DNA from: a virus
IMG/VR virus record: IMGVR_UViG_3300029845_000021
DNA: 47,644 bases
Strand: one strand, 5' to 3'
Shown here: positions 6,457 to 16,489 of the stretch, in pieces
Layout of the letters: every line of letters begins with the position of its first letter
Position numbering within the stretch: the stretch's first letter is position 1
Notes under the pieces: generated by a model
Databases searched by the model: none
Seen by the model: the letters and a program-made list of their open reading frames with translations, nothing else
What the model was told of the DNA's origin: nothing
Translations under genes and position numbers: made by a program

Positions 6457-7040
6457 ACAATTTTCTTTATTGCTTCAAAATGTACCTTTGCAATCCTTTC
6501 TTTTCCGTCGTCGCTCATCATAAAACGGCAATCCTTTTCATTATCAAAAAAGAAATTTTCAGATAATACCGCCGGGCAAACCGTATGTTTCAGAATATAA
6601 AATTGGCTTTCTTTGTCCGGGTCGCCGTCGCAATGGTCGAAACGCATTTTCCAACCATCCGGGGCAAACTCCTTTTCTGCCTCATTACAAAGGACGGTTG
6701 CAATTTCATCGGCTTTCGTTTTGCCGACGCTTGTATAACATTCCCATCCGGTGCCGCCTCCGGCGTTCCCGTGTATGCTGAACAATACGGCGTTCTGCCC
6801 GCAATCGTCATATATCACGTTAGCACGGCGGCAACGTTCCGATAATGATACGTCGTTGTCCTCCGGTACCAAAATTTCAAACTTTATTCCCTCCGCTTTC
6901 AACATCGCCGCAATACGGCGTACAATATCACGGTTAAACTCCCATTCTAACAATTGGGAACCGTCGCCCCAAATGGGGGAACGTTTTCCGGCGCAATCCA
7001 CGCCGTGACCTCCATCAAGAATAATTACTTTCTGTTTCAT
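6453..7040 (-). CDS. N-acetylmuramoyl-L-alanine amidase (Amidase_3-like endolysin)
   Basis: VIILDGGHGVDCAGKRSP, EWEFNRDI and LFSIHGNAGGG match the zinc-amidase motifs (H, E, H). Confidence 0.85.
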   Translation of the reverse strand: MKQKVIILDGGHGVDCAGKRSPIWGDGSQLLEWEFNRDIVRRIAAMLKAEGIKFEILVPEDNDVSLSERCRRANVIYDDCGQNAVLFSIHGNAGGGTGWECYTSVGKTKADEIATVLCNEAEKEFAPDGWKMRFDHCDGDPDKESQFYILKHTVCPAVLSENFFFDNEKDCRFMMSDDGKERIAKVHFEAIKKIV

Positions 7041-7183
7041 AACTCCATTTAAAATTTTTATTGTAAATGGGGACGGGCTGTTGGCTTGCCCTTTCGGTCG
7101 GTTAATTACTCCGCCTATCCCCGTTGCAAATAGAATTATTTATTTACTCATTTTCTTTTTTATGGGGCTTTTCGCCCCGGTTA

Positions 7184-10100
7184 TTATTCATAAAATTCTG
7201 TTGCCCCCTTTTCTAACTCATCCGGTATAAACGGCATACCTACCATTTCTTTGAAGTTTACAATAACCTCAAACAAAGGTTTTCCGTCTGTTCCGCTTTG
7301 CAGATAAAAGCCATCATCAATATTTGAATTAGCCAAAAATCTAACTGACTCGCCCTGCTGAATTGGGAATGATATACTTTTAGACTGAATGTTCTTGGCA
7401 ATCTTTCTGTTTGCTTCAATGGTTGTTGAATATCGGCTGTTTGGAACTTCCGTTAATGAACCATCCGGCGCAACCTTTACAGCCCAAAAATTTGCCTCAT
7501 TCATTGTGCTTGTTTCGTTGTATGCCTGCCCGGAATACTGAATTGTTATAATTCCGTCTGCCTCCGCCAATAAATCTCCTTGAACTTTGTTTGGGTCAGA
7601 CGCTCCGGGGTCTGCCCATGCGTTATTGTTGCTTACCAACGCCAAACCCTTTTTAATTCCCAAAGGTATATTTCCTGCAATCTTGTTATATGTATATCGG
7701 TAACTTGCATCACCTGCCGGGGTCATAACAACAAATTTTGCATAGTCTTTCTGATACTCCAAATATTTTTCCGAAATATGCGAACTATCTGTTATTACCA
7801 TTCGATTAAACCACGGGGTTATATCCCCCTCAAAATCATTCAATACCATAGTTGTTGGTATCTGCGAAGCATTAGGGAATATAATTACCGCAAATTCCTT
7901 TGCGTCAGTAGGAACAACAAACGTTTTTGTTGCTTCATGGATTCCGCTCACTGCATCCTCTGATATAAATAATTTGTCAGAAATGCTCCATCCTGCATTG
8001 AATTGCGGTTGGTCGTTATTGTAACTTACCAATTCCGGTGTTGGTGCTACATTTTCCGACCCGGTGTACTTCATCAATGCAACCACAAAGGCATTTTGTT
8101 TGTCTGTAATTTTAACGGTAGCTTTGTAATTTTTACCACGGCAAACAAAGGTGTCAAATCTGTTATATCGCTTAAACAAAGAAAATACGGGCAAATCCTT
8201 GTTATTATCTTTAACAATTAGTTGATTATTAGATATACTTACCTTTGCTGCTGTCTTAACTGACAAATATGTATTATCCCCCATATATGTAACATCATTG
8301 TTAATTTCCGTTTCGGGTTCGGGGAAAATCAATGTCCTTGCAAGGTTCAAAGAATTATATCCGTAATACTTGTTGTTCATCTTTACTTGATACCCGGTAA
8401 ATGCCATAAATGCCAACAACGCCTTTCCTACTCCATAGTCTTTGCCTACTGACTGAATCAACACACATGAATTTGCCCCAATAGACAATAATTCTTCATT
8501 TGGGAAATTGGTTTCTATACGCAAATGAACATCAGTATATGCTTTGGCTTGACACTCTCCTAAATACAATTCTTTTCGCTGCTCATCGCCCGCATTGTAG
8601 TCAATTTGAACTGCCATAGGATTGCCGTTAACGTCCAATAACGGGGTATCTGTGTCGTCAACGAATTCAAGTCTAATCCAACCGTCCTGCGTAATTCTGT
8701 TATCCCCATATTGCGTTGGCTCAATATACAAGCCAATTAAAAAGGTTGTTCCTCCGGATATATTGGGGTCGTCCTGCGGGTCAATATCTTGTATAACGAA
8801 AGATTTCTTTTGCATATCTTGATATACAGCAATACCGCCTTTGACTTTCAAATCAGAAAACCACAATCGGGATTTTGGATATTTAGAATTTACCAATTCA
8901 TCATTTCCTAACATAGCCAATATTCCCTCCGCATCTTTTTCTGGAACAACGGATAAATCAGCCTTGTAAATCGGGTCGCCATCGGGTGTTTGTCCATTTC
9001 CAACTTGTGCAATGCGAACCGTTCCATCCATACTTCCGACCTCTGTTGCTTTGAATGATTTTTTTGTTATTTTATCATTAAACAGAAATGGAACATCGCC
9101 CAAATTTACATTTGCTTCGTCTGTGTCACTGTCGTATTCAATATAAAATGGTTTTTTGAATCGTAAATTCTTTGTCTGCAACACGATATTTCCCTGCTCA
9201 TCGCTTGTTGTTAGGCTGCTATCAATAGTTTTATACCACGGAATAAAATCCCACGTATTTTCGTTCTGAATAGGCAAAAAAATGCCTGCAATCCCATTGC
9301 TTGTAACGGTTATTGGTGTATTTGCCCCATCAATACTTTCTCCGCCTGCCGGGCTAATTATCGCCTTATAATTGGCTGCCCCCGGTTCTTGTATAAGTTC
9401 CAAAATGATAATACGGTTATCCGATACGGGCGGCAATGTCTGTTGAATTGTTTGGTTGTTGCTCATCTGATAAACCAACAACAAAGTTGTACTTTTGTTG
9501 TACGGGTCTGTATTCAGATTTACCCCCTTTTGTACCTCTTGGCGGTTGGCATAGAATAACGCCTTAATCTGCTCGTTTGTCTTTCCTGCTGTTGCCGGGT
9601 GCGCTGTTTTAGACAATGCAATAAAAGCCGCATTTTGCTTAATCATACGGTCAAACTCTGTTGGGCTTATTGGGTTCTTTGCGTCTGCCAATCCTGCCGC
9701 CAAACCTTTTTCTTTGAGTTTTGCCAAATCTACGTCCGCTAAATCATTCTGAGCAAAATTACCGTCCTTTGCTTTTTTCTCAAAGTCTTTTGCATCAACA
9801 TTTGAAAGGTTTTTGCTTGCCCCGCCCAATGCCGCCAGCGTTGCGGCAAACGCCGGGGTTTTTACATACTTATCCAAATAATCTTTAATCCATTGTTCGT
9901 CCGCTCCTGCCGGAACCCACGGGATTTGTGCTGCATCATTAATTTCAATCGGCAAATATACATCAACCCACATTGCGCCCTGCCTATCGGAAAGAAATGT
10001 TCCTTTCTGAACTACTTCAACGCCCAATTTCTGTTGGTTTTCTGAAATGTATGTTCCGGTAATTGCTTTCGTGTCGCCCAAATAGGTTTGTGTGTAAACT

Positions 10101-10342
10101 TGCATTTGCCCCAATCCTAAAAGCGGAACGATATTAAACAATAACATATCGTTCTGAATCTTACAATTGGTGCAAACCCCTTTGTTTACCTCAAATTCAA
10201 ACGGCTTACCGCTTCCGGTAAAAATCGAACCTTTGACGTGTACGGAATCCGCCTTAATTGGGGCGTTGTTCTTATCCCGGAACATCATCATAATAATTTG
10301 GCTACTGCCTGCTGATAATTGCTTTAATTGTGCCATAATCAT
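7184..10342 (-). CDS. Large tail fibre / receptor-binding structural protein (1052 aa)
   Basis: Call rests on size and on position in the tail module just upstream of the lysis genes. No enzymatic motif was recognised. Confidence 0.6.
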   Translation of the reverse strand: MIMAQLKQLSAGSSQIIMMMFRDKNNAPIKADSVHVKGSIFTGSGKPFEFEVNKGVCTNCKIQNDMLLFNIVPLLGLGQMQVYTQTYLGDTKAITGTYISENQQKLGVEVVQKGTFLSDRQGAMWVDVYLPIEINDAAQIPWVPAGADEQWIKDYLDKYVKTPAFAATLAALGGASKNLSNVDAKDFEKKAKDGNFAQNDLADVDLAKLKEKGLAAGLADAKNPISPTEFDRMIKQNAAFIALSKTAHPATAGKTNEQIKALFYANRQEVQKGVNLNTDPYNKSTTLLLVYQMSNNQTIQQTLPPVSDNRIIILELIQEPGAANYKAIISPAGGESIDGANTPITVTSNGIAGIFLPIQNENTWDFIPWYKTIDSSLTTSDEQGNIVLQTKNLRFKKPFYIEYDSDTDEANVNLGDVPFLFNDKITKKSFKATEVGSMDGTVRIAQVGNGQTPDGDPIYKADLSVVPEKDAEGILAMLGNDELVNSKYPKSRLWFSDLKVKGGIAVYQDMQKKSFVIQDIDPQDDPNISGGTTFLIGLYIEPTQYGDNRITQDGWIRLEFVDDTDTPLLDVNGNPMAVQIDYNAGDEQRKELYLGECQAKAYTDVHLRIETNFPNEELLSIGANSCVLIQSVGKDYGVGKALLAFMAFTGYQVKMNNKYYGYNSLNLARTLIFPEPETEINNDVTYMGDNTYLSVKTAAKVSISNNQLIVKDNNKDLPVFSLFKRYNRFDTFVCRGKNYKATVKITDKQNAFVVALMKYTGSENVAPTPELVSYNNDQPQFNAGWSISDKLFISEDAVSGIHEATKTFVVPTDAKEFAVIIFPNASQIPTTMVLNDFEGDITPWFNRMVITDSSHISEKYLEYQKDYAKFVVMTPAGDASYRYTYNKIAGNIPLGIKKGLALVSNNNAWADPGASDPNKVQGDLLAEADGIITIQYSGQAYNETSTMNEANFWAVKVAPDGSLTEVPNSRYSTTIEANRKIAKNIQSKSISFPIQQGESVRFLANSNIDDGFYLQSGTDGKPLFEVIVNFKEMVGMPFIPDELEKGATEFYE

Positions 10343-10803
10343 TTGAATTTTTTCTTGTTAATACTATGTTTATCATTAATCGCCTTTATTAGCTTTTCGG
10401 CTTCTTCTTTCGTTATACACTTGACTATTTCCGCCGCCATATCTATTGCCTCAACTGCATTGCTTTGTTTGAGTTCGTAATTCTCTTTCATGCTCCAACC
10501 CTCCCTTAATAGAATACCCAATGTCAGTAATACAACAAAAAATGGAATACTGTAAAAAGGAAAAACTATAAGCCCCAAAACATCAATCATCGATACGTAT
10601 AAAACTAAACGCAAATAGTCTATGATTTTTTGCCCGGTTTTCCGCATCGGGTGGCTGCTTAATTTTTCTTTTCTCGCTTTCACGGCTTCGTATGCCGTCC
10701 AAAAATCAAAGAATGTCGCAAATACTACAAAAACACAACATACAAAGATTATTATCAAACAAACTTTCATGTCGTGTTGAATGAAATAAAAATACTTTTC
10801 CAT
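10339..10803 (-). CDS. Holin-like multi-pass membrane protein
   Basis: 154 aa with three hydrophobic helices and a charged C-terminal tail. ATGA overlap with the next gene. Confidence 0.45.
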   Translation of the reverse strand: MEKYFYFIQHDMKVCLIIIFVCCVFVVFATFFDFWTAYEAVKARKEKLSSHPMRKTGQKIIDYLRLVLYVSMIDVLGLIVFPFYSIPFFVVLLTLGILLREGWSMKENYELKQSNAVEAIDMAAEIVKCITKEEAEKLIKAINDKHSINKKKFK

Positions 10804-10816
10804 CGGTCTTTTTTGT

Positions 10817-10836
10817 GGTGCGGATTGTTCCGCACC
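10817..10836 (-). promoter_or_regulatory. Stable hairpin in the leader of the holin-like gene
   Basis: GGTGCGGA-ACAA-TCCGCACC (8-bp stem with a tetraloop), 14 nt upstream of the ATG at 10803. It has no U tract, so it is not a canonical terminator. Confidence 0.3.
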
Positions 10837-10987
10837 GGGTTAAACTTTGCATATTTTGATAAAATATTTTTGTTCAAATATTCCCTAACAACAAAAACCT
10901 TTGTTGGTGTTACATAACAAATAACGGGCTAACCGTGGTAATGGCGATAATACGCCATTGCTCCCAATTAAAAATTCTTTCCATAAT

Positions 10988-13420
10988 TTAATGCAATACA
11001 TCTTCGATATATGGTTCATCTAAATAAAACTGCGCATATCTCAACATTTCATTTATTACAACATTTGCAATTAATCTTCCACCTTTATTATTTGGATGAA
11101 CTTGGTCAATTAAATATTCTTTTATATTTAGTGTTGAAATTCTACTTAAAGCATTAACATCTATTACTGGCAATCCGTATATAGCTGCCACATCTTTAAT
11201 AACCTTACAATAATCTAATATAGTAAGTTCTATTCTATTTTTATAAGGATAATCCGCATTATTATAACTATTATAAAAATTATGTGGTGTGCATAAAAAT
11301 ATTTTAGCATTTGGCAATCTTGCAACCAATTTTCGTATCATCAAACCATAAGCATACATAAAATGAGATTCATCGCCATCTTCTAAAGTACCAATCTCAA
11401 CACTCGCCGTAATATCATTTGCACCTGCATAAACACATAAAATATTCGTATCTAACGGTATTGTATTAATTCTTTCATCTCCGCACATATAATCAGATAT
11501 TGTAATTGTACCGCTATCGGGATTTGAGGCGTTATAATAACCATTCTCATCCACTTTCTTATTTTTTGGATTTACATCAGTTATCTTTGACCCTCCTATA
11601 CCCCTATTGTAGTGGTCTGCCATTCTTAAAAATTTCCATACATATTTTTGCCATGACATTAATTCAACAATAGAATCTCCGTATGATGTAAACTTCTTTC
11701 CTTCATAAGATAATCTTATAATAGTATTTATATTCAACAATGATTCTTTTATTTCTTCAACTTTACACGGAAAGTAATTAACCGAAGCAAATGGAAATAA
11801 TGTTATATTCTGAAAATTTAATACAATATAACTCGGCGTATTATCTATTTTTACTTCCCTAAATGTGTTTAATTGTGTTCCCGTATATTTTATCCATTCG
11901 CCTAAATCATTATAAGTTCCTACACTAAATGCATTGGTAAATATAGACTTAACGTTTGTATCTATTGGAATAAATTGCGTTGTTTTATATGATGCATTAC
12001 TTTGATATGAACCATTAACATTATTATAACCTTCTATTATATTATTAATTATAATATTTTTATCATAATCAATATTAGGAATTTCAGTAATTCCAAATTG
12101 TATAGGTATAAAATTTTCCTCAAACCCAATATAATAAAATTGACGTTCTTTGTTATTCCAACCTTTAACAAATGTGGCATCTTTGGGGATTTCTTTTTTT
12201 CTAATATCAACACCGCTTCCGGTAATCGATATAATTTTACTCAAAAAAACCAAATTATCTTTAGTGCCGGTATAGAAAAACAACGAATAGGAATTTGTAT
12301 ATATAAATTTTTTATTCTTAGGTATTTCAATTGCTTCTATTACTACACCATTACCTTTTATAACATTTCCACTATTATCTATTGTCTTATTTTCATATAA
12401 TAACTCATTATAGACTTTGTTAATTGATGATTGCGCAATAGCATCATAAATATTATAATTTAATTCTAATATTTCATTAAAGTCTTTATATGTCAATATT
12501 CTTTCCCAATTAGAATCTTTTATCCAATTGGAATTATCAAACGTTGTACCTTTATATGTTTCTATAACTTGATTAATCCCGTCATTATAAGTTATTGTAA
12601 ATCCTTGTTTACGTGCTATTAGACTAACTTGTAGTCTTGTATTCAATACATTAGTGCCGTATGATAATGTTTCAAAGCAATAGTTATCAATAGGTATATA
12701 TGATTCGACTTCTCTAATTTGACCTAAATACAAATAACTTCTATAAATACCCGTATCATCCTTATAAGAAAAGATTAATCCCTCTCTCTTATAATAAGTA
12801 TTTGGTAGTGCTTGTCTTGCTGTATTAGGTGAATTATATGTTGAATTAGTTACAAAACTAATATTAATAAATGGCAATTTAGTTGACGGGAAAATACTTG
12901 CCCAATATAAATTATCTTGCCAATATGCATCATCCATTAATGTACCTATATACATTTCCGTTGTTAACTCTCCGGTTTTACCATTTCTATAACTTAATAT
13001 TTTCCCGGTTCTTCTATTTGATTTTGCAACTTGTAATCTTGTTGTTTTTAAATCCGTATTAAAATCAATTGCAATTGCTGCTTTTTTTTCTATATCTTTT
13101 AAAGATTGCGATAGTGCTATACCCGCACTTTGCTTTACCCAACTACCAGTTTTATTAGTAAATATTACAACTTCATCATTTACTTCTATTGCATTAAAAT
13201 TACTATAAGTACCATTTATTGAAGCAATCCAAAAAACATTTTGGTCGGGTGTACCGGGATTTGTTGACGGTATTGCAATCCCGGCAAATGTCGCATTACT
13301 TCCGACCGTTGCAATAATAGATAATAAAGCATTTTGCATTATCTTCCCCGTAATTTTTTGGTTTCCGTTTGTTTTAATTACATCGGAAATCGCTTGTTTT
13401 AATTGTTCGTAATTTCCCAT
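10988..13420 (-). CDS. Tail fibre/spike with a C-terminal SGNH (GDSL) esterase domain
   Basis: All four SGNH blocks occur in the last ~230 aa: SYGDSIVE, RGIGGSKI, YAGANDIT and DQVHPN. The gene is very AT-rich except for its first ~70 codons. Confidence 0.75.
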   Translation of the reverse strand: MGNYEQLKQAISDVIKTNGNQKITGKIMQNALLSIIATVGSNATFAGIAIPSTNPGTPDQNVFWIASINGTYSNFNAIEVNDEVVIFTNKTGSWVKQSAGIALSQSLKDIEKKAAIAIDFNTDLKTTRLQVAKSNRRTGKILSYRNGKTGELTTEMYIGTLMDDAYWQDNLYWASIFPSTKLPFINISFVTNSTYNSPNTARQALPNTYYKREGLIFSYKDDTGIYRSYLYLGQIREVESYIPIDNYCFETLSYGTNVLNTRLQVSLIARKQGFTITYNDGINQVIETYKGTTFDNSNWIKDSNWERILTYKDFNEILELNYNIYDAIAQSSINKVYNELLYENKTIDNSGNVIKGNGVVIEAIEIPKNKKFIYTNSYSLFFYTGTKDNLVFLSKIISITGSGVDIRKKEIPKDATFVKGWNNKERQFYYIGFEENFIPIQFGITEIPNIDYDKNIIINNIIEGYNNVNGSYQSNASYKTTQFIPIDTNVKSIFTNAFSVGTYNDLGEWIKYTGTQLNTFREVKIDNTPSYIVLNFQNITLFPFASVNYFPCKVEEIKESLLNINTIIRLSYEGKKFTSYGDSIVELMSWQKYVWKFLRMADHYNRGIGGSKITDVNPKNKKVDENGYYNASNPDSGTITISDYMCGDERINTIPLDTNILCVYAGANDITASVEIGTLEDGDESHFMYAYGLMIRKLVARLPNAKIFLCTPHNFYNSYNNADYPYKNRIELTILDYCKVIKDVAAIYGLPVIDVNALSRISTLNIKEYLIDQVHPNNKGGRLIANVVINEMLRYAQFYLDEPYIEDVLH

Positions 13421-13431
13421 AATCTAATAAT

Positions 13432-14298
13432 TTAATTGTTGTTGAAATCATTATTGAAATCTTCGTTAAAATCTCCTTTGTTTGCTGTTATATTATAGCC
13501 ACGTCCTATTTTCTTGACGACGGTATTTGTTTTAAATTCAATTTCCACGCTCGCCAAATCTCCCTGCGTTTGCCATTTTGGGGTAATTAGAAACGTGTCG
13601 CAATCGTATTCCCTGCCGTATTTATCCGTTATATGAATATAATCAGCCATACGGATAAAACGCATAACGTCGCAAAGGAACTCCGGTGCCAATATCGTAC
13701 ATTTAAACGTTTTGACTGATATTTGTTTTTCCGGAAAAAAATACCCGTCCCGTTCTTCGCCATCCTCTTCAAATTCATAATCCGGTTTTCCCAACTCTGT
13801 ACAAAGGTACAACGTATTTTTGAAATCCGGGTTTTTATATACTATTTGCCCGGCGTCAAATACCAAATTTTCAATATCCCACCATTGTATTTTTAAGTAA
13901 CCGGAAACATCTTGCACGACCGTAAACATTTCAGAATACCACGTTTGCGCGCCATCCGATAACGTCATATAATATATTCCGTCCAACTGATTTAATGGCA
14001 TGGGTAATATTGACGGGTACAATATAACATCATAACCCAACGTTTGAAACCGGACAATCTGCAATCCGGTTTCTTTCATGTACGTTGTTATGTTTGCAAC
14101 TTGTTTTCCGGTTTTATCGTACAATATAACCGACGACACATTATTTGCCCGTGTGTTTCTGATTATCTGAAAAGGTAACAATCTATCAGCCGGGGCAAAC
14201 AACGGGTAAATTGCGCCGTATGCGTAACTTTTTCTGTGGTTCTGTTCATTTATTGACGTGTACCACGGCAAAACGCTTATATTATTATTCTGTATCAT
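13432..14298 (-). CDS. Tail/baseplate-associated structural protein (hypothetical)
   Basis: 288-aa ORF between tail genes. It overlaps the upstream gene by 14 nt. Confidence 0.6.
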   Translation of the reverse strand: MIQNNNISVLPWYTSINEQNHRKSYAYGAIYPLFAPADRLLPFQIIRNTRANNVSSVILYDKTGKQVANITTYMKETGLQIVRFQTLGYDVILYPSILPMPLNQLDGIYYMTLSDGAQTWYSEMFTVVQDVSGYLKIQWWDIENLVFDAGQIVYKNPDFKNTLYLCTELGKPDYEFEEDGEERDGYFFPEKQISVKTFKCTILAPEFLCDVMRFIRMADYIHITDKYGREYDCDTFLITPKWQTQGDLASVEIEFKTNTVVKKIGRGYNITANKGDFNEDFNNDFNNN

Positions 14299-16489
14299 AT
14301 TTCAACGTTGCTTTAATGTTTCGACTACACAAATTTACGCTTAATTTATCAACTTGACCGTTACCGATATATGTTTTAACTAACTGCATCGGGTTTGGGT
14401 CTGTGGTTCCTGCCGGGAAATTCAATGTTTGTTTCTTTTTACGTTCCAATCCTCCCATAGCATAATATGGGGAATTATTTATTTTGAAATTCCGTGCGGG
14501 CATATCATAAACCCAATATGTCGGTTGTATATTGATAAACGCTAAATATCCATTTTGCAAAAAATATTCTACGCTATCAACGGTTTGTCTTGTGAAAGGC
14601 AATTCCAATTGTCCGCCGCCGGACGGCGTAACTGCTGCAAACAATGCGAATCCATCGGAACTAATTGCACCGGGGTTTAACAACATCAAATCTATGTCAG
14701 ACGTAAAATTTGATATGTTAATTTCTTCAATTTTCCCGGCTGTTACATATTTTGACGTAATTTCTATTGGCAACCCCTCAAATGGTGTTGTTACATCATC
14801 CATCCACTCAAATCGATAACGTTCCGGCATTTCTACTTTGTCAAATGAATATTCAGACGTTGCAAAAGCTAATTTTTTGCCGTTCCTAACGCTTTCTAAT
14901 TGTGTTAAATCATAATCAATAATCGGGTTATATCCATACGAACCGCCATTTCTAAACCAACTTACCTGTTCAATTTTAAATTTTCCGTCCTCAATATACC
15001 AATAACATTTGTAAATATCCCGTAACATCGTCATAATCTGTTGTAATGTAATCGGGGCTTTTTGCGCCGGGGTTTTATATTCGCCATTAATGATATTACT
15101 TTTCTGACTTATTAGCAACTTAAATGACTGCCCGGAAATAGGATTGTTTGTGTTATAAAGAAATTGGCTGTATTCCGGCGTCGCTTCATGCGTTATTCCG
15201 GGCGCAAATTCTTTTAATAGCACATTGATACATGACGACAATGTAAACGCATCACGCAAAGTATATGCTTTTCGGGCTTTTTCCTCTAATATCCAATCCA
15301 TCAGATAAAACCCAAACCATAACGACGCATAACGCCACGTTGACCGGGCGATTGGATAAAACGTTTGTCCATATATGGAATAAGGCGGCTCAAAATACTT
15401 TCCACTGTCGGCTAATCCCCACTCGGTCGGCGTATCTGAAAAATTATTAGATATAAATGCCACGTCGATTGCGTAACCAATTGCCCGGCGGTAATTTCTA
15501 TTATTATCTACAATATCATCGGACGACAACGGGTATGTATCTAAATCGCCTATTTTATCAACATCAACCAAATACCGGGCGTATATATTATAACTTTTCA
15601 TATCGGCGTGCATCGTACCCGTTGCTCCGGAACCCTCAACGGCGGTTAAATCAAATTCCAACGTATCAAAAGGTTCTTGCGTCATCTTTGTATACCGGAA
15701 CATTGCCACATCATCAGAACGGCGGCGTATCTCAACACCTGCTAGCCCAATAGGTAGCCCACCCGCAACTCGTTTTTGTGCAATATGGATATAATAATTT
15801 ACATTTAATTCCGGGTATAAATCTCCCATAAATTCATCAGGACTTACACTCGTCGACATCCGCCCACTATAAAGCCCGGATATTACCGCCGGGGAACCTT
15901 GCGACGTAATTTGTATTTCTTTCAAAATATTACATAGTGCAAAATGATAGGTTTGTATTAATGCGTTTTGGTCAGTCGTGGCGTTTGCGTCTTGTTCCCA
16001 ATTCGTGCCGCCCAAAAAGCACGAAACAATACTATCTCCGGGAACGTATATTTGTATCAATGGGCGTTTTCTTATTGTAAGAAATTCGATTTGTGGGGCC
16101 AACTCAATTAAATTGTATTCCTTTTCCAATCCTGCCAAGACGTCGTTGTATTGGTCTATTGTTTCCGGCTGTACCGTAACCAATTTATCATCATCATTAA
16201 ACGTACAATCCGTTTTCATAAACTTTGCTTTATAGTATTGATTGTATGTTTGTCCCCAATCATCGCTTTTTTCGATATATAGGAAAAATTCAGAATCAAA
16301 CGGGGCGTTATTGATAATATCGTAATCAGCACGGACAAAGTTTATTTTACCGGACAATTTAGCCCGGTAAAACCTTTGATTTGTTTCCAACTCATAATCC
16401 AACGTTAAATCATCCTTATAATTGGGGCGGACGGTTTGTTTGGTTCCGTCCTCCCCTATCTGCAAAAAGAATCTATATTTTGGTGTCAT
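14285..16489 (-). CDS. Distal tail / tail-tip structural protein (hypothetical, 734 aa)
   Basis: Immediately downstream of the tape measure gene with a 4-nt overlap. Size and position are typical of distal tail or tail-tip proteins. Confidence 0.6.
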   Translation of the reverse strand: MTPKYRFFLQIGEDGTKQTVRPNYKDDLTLDYELETNQRFYRAKLSGKINFVRADYDIINNAPFDSEFFLYIEKSDDWGQTYNQYYKAKFMKTDCTFNDDDKLVTVQPETIDQYNDVLAGLEKEYNLIELAPQIEFLTIRKRPLIQIYVPGDSIVSCFLGGTNWEQDANATTDQNALIQTYHFALCNILKEIQITSQGSPAVISGLYSGRMSTSVSPDEFMGDLYPELNVNYYIHIAQKRVAGGLPIGLAGVEIRRRSDDVAMFRYTKMTQEPFDTLEFDLTAVEGSGATGTMHADMKSYNIYARYLVDVDKIGDLDTYPLSSDDIVDNNRNYRRAIGYAIDVAFISNNFSDTPTEWGLADSGKYFEPPYSIYGQTFYPIARSTWRYASLWFGFYLMDWILEEKARKAYTLRDAFTLSSCINVLLKEFAPGITHEATPEYSQFLYNTNNPISGQSFKLLISQKSNIINGEYKTPAQKAPITLQQIMTMLRDIYKCYWYIEDGKFKIEQVSWFRNGGSYGYNPIIDYDLTQLESVRNGKKLAFATSEYSFDKVEMPERYRFEWMDDVTTPFEGLPIEITSKYVTAGKIEEINISNFTSDIDLMLLNPGAISSDGFALFAAVTPSGGGQLELPFTRQTVDSVEYFLQNGYLAFINIQPTYWVYDMPARNFKINNSPYYAMGGLERKKKQTLNFPAGTTDPNPMQLVKTYIGNGQVDKLSVNLCSRNIKATLKYDTE

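Noticed and set aside
7164-7178. GGGGC-TTTTC-GCCCC hairpin after the 1052-aa gene as a terminator
   Set aside because: On the transcribed (minus) strand it is followed by an A-rich run rather than a U-rich run. It may stabilise RNA, but it is not a canonical intrinsic terminator.
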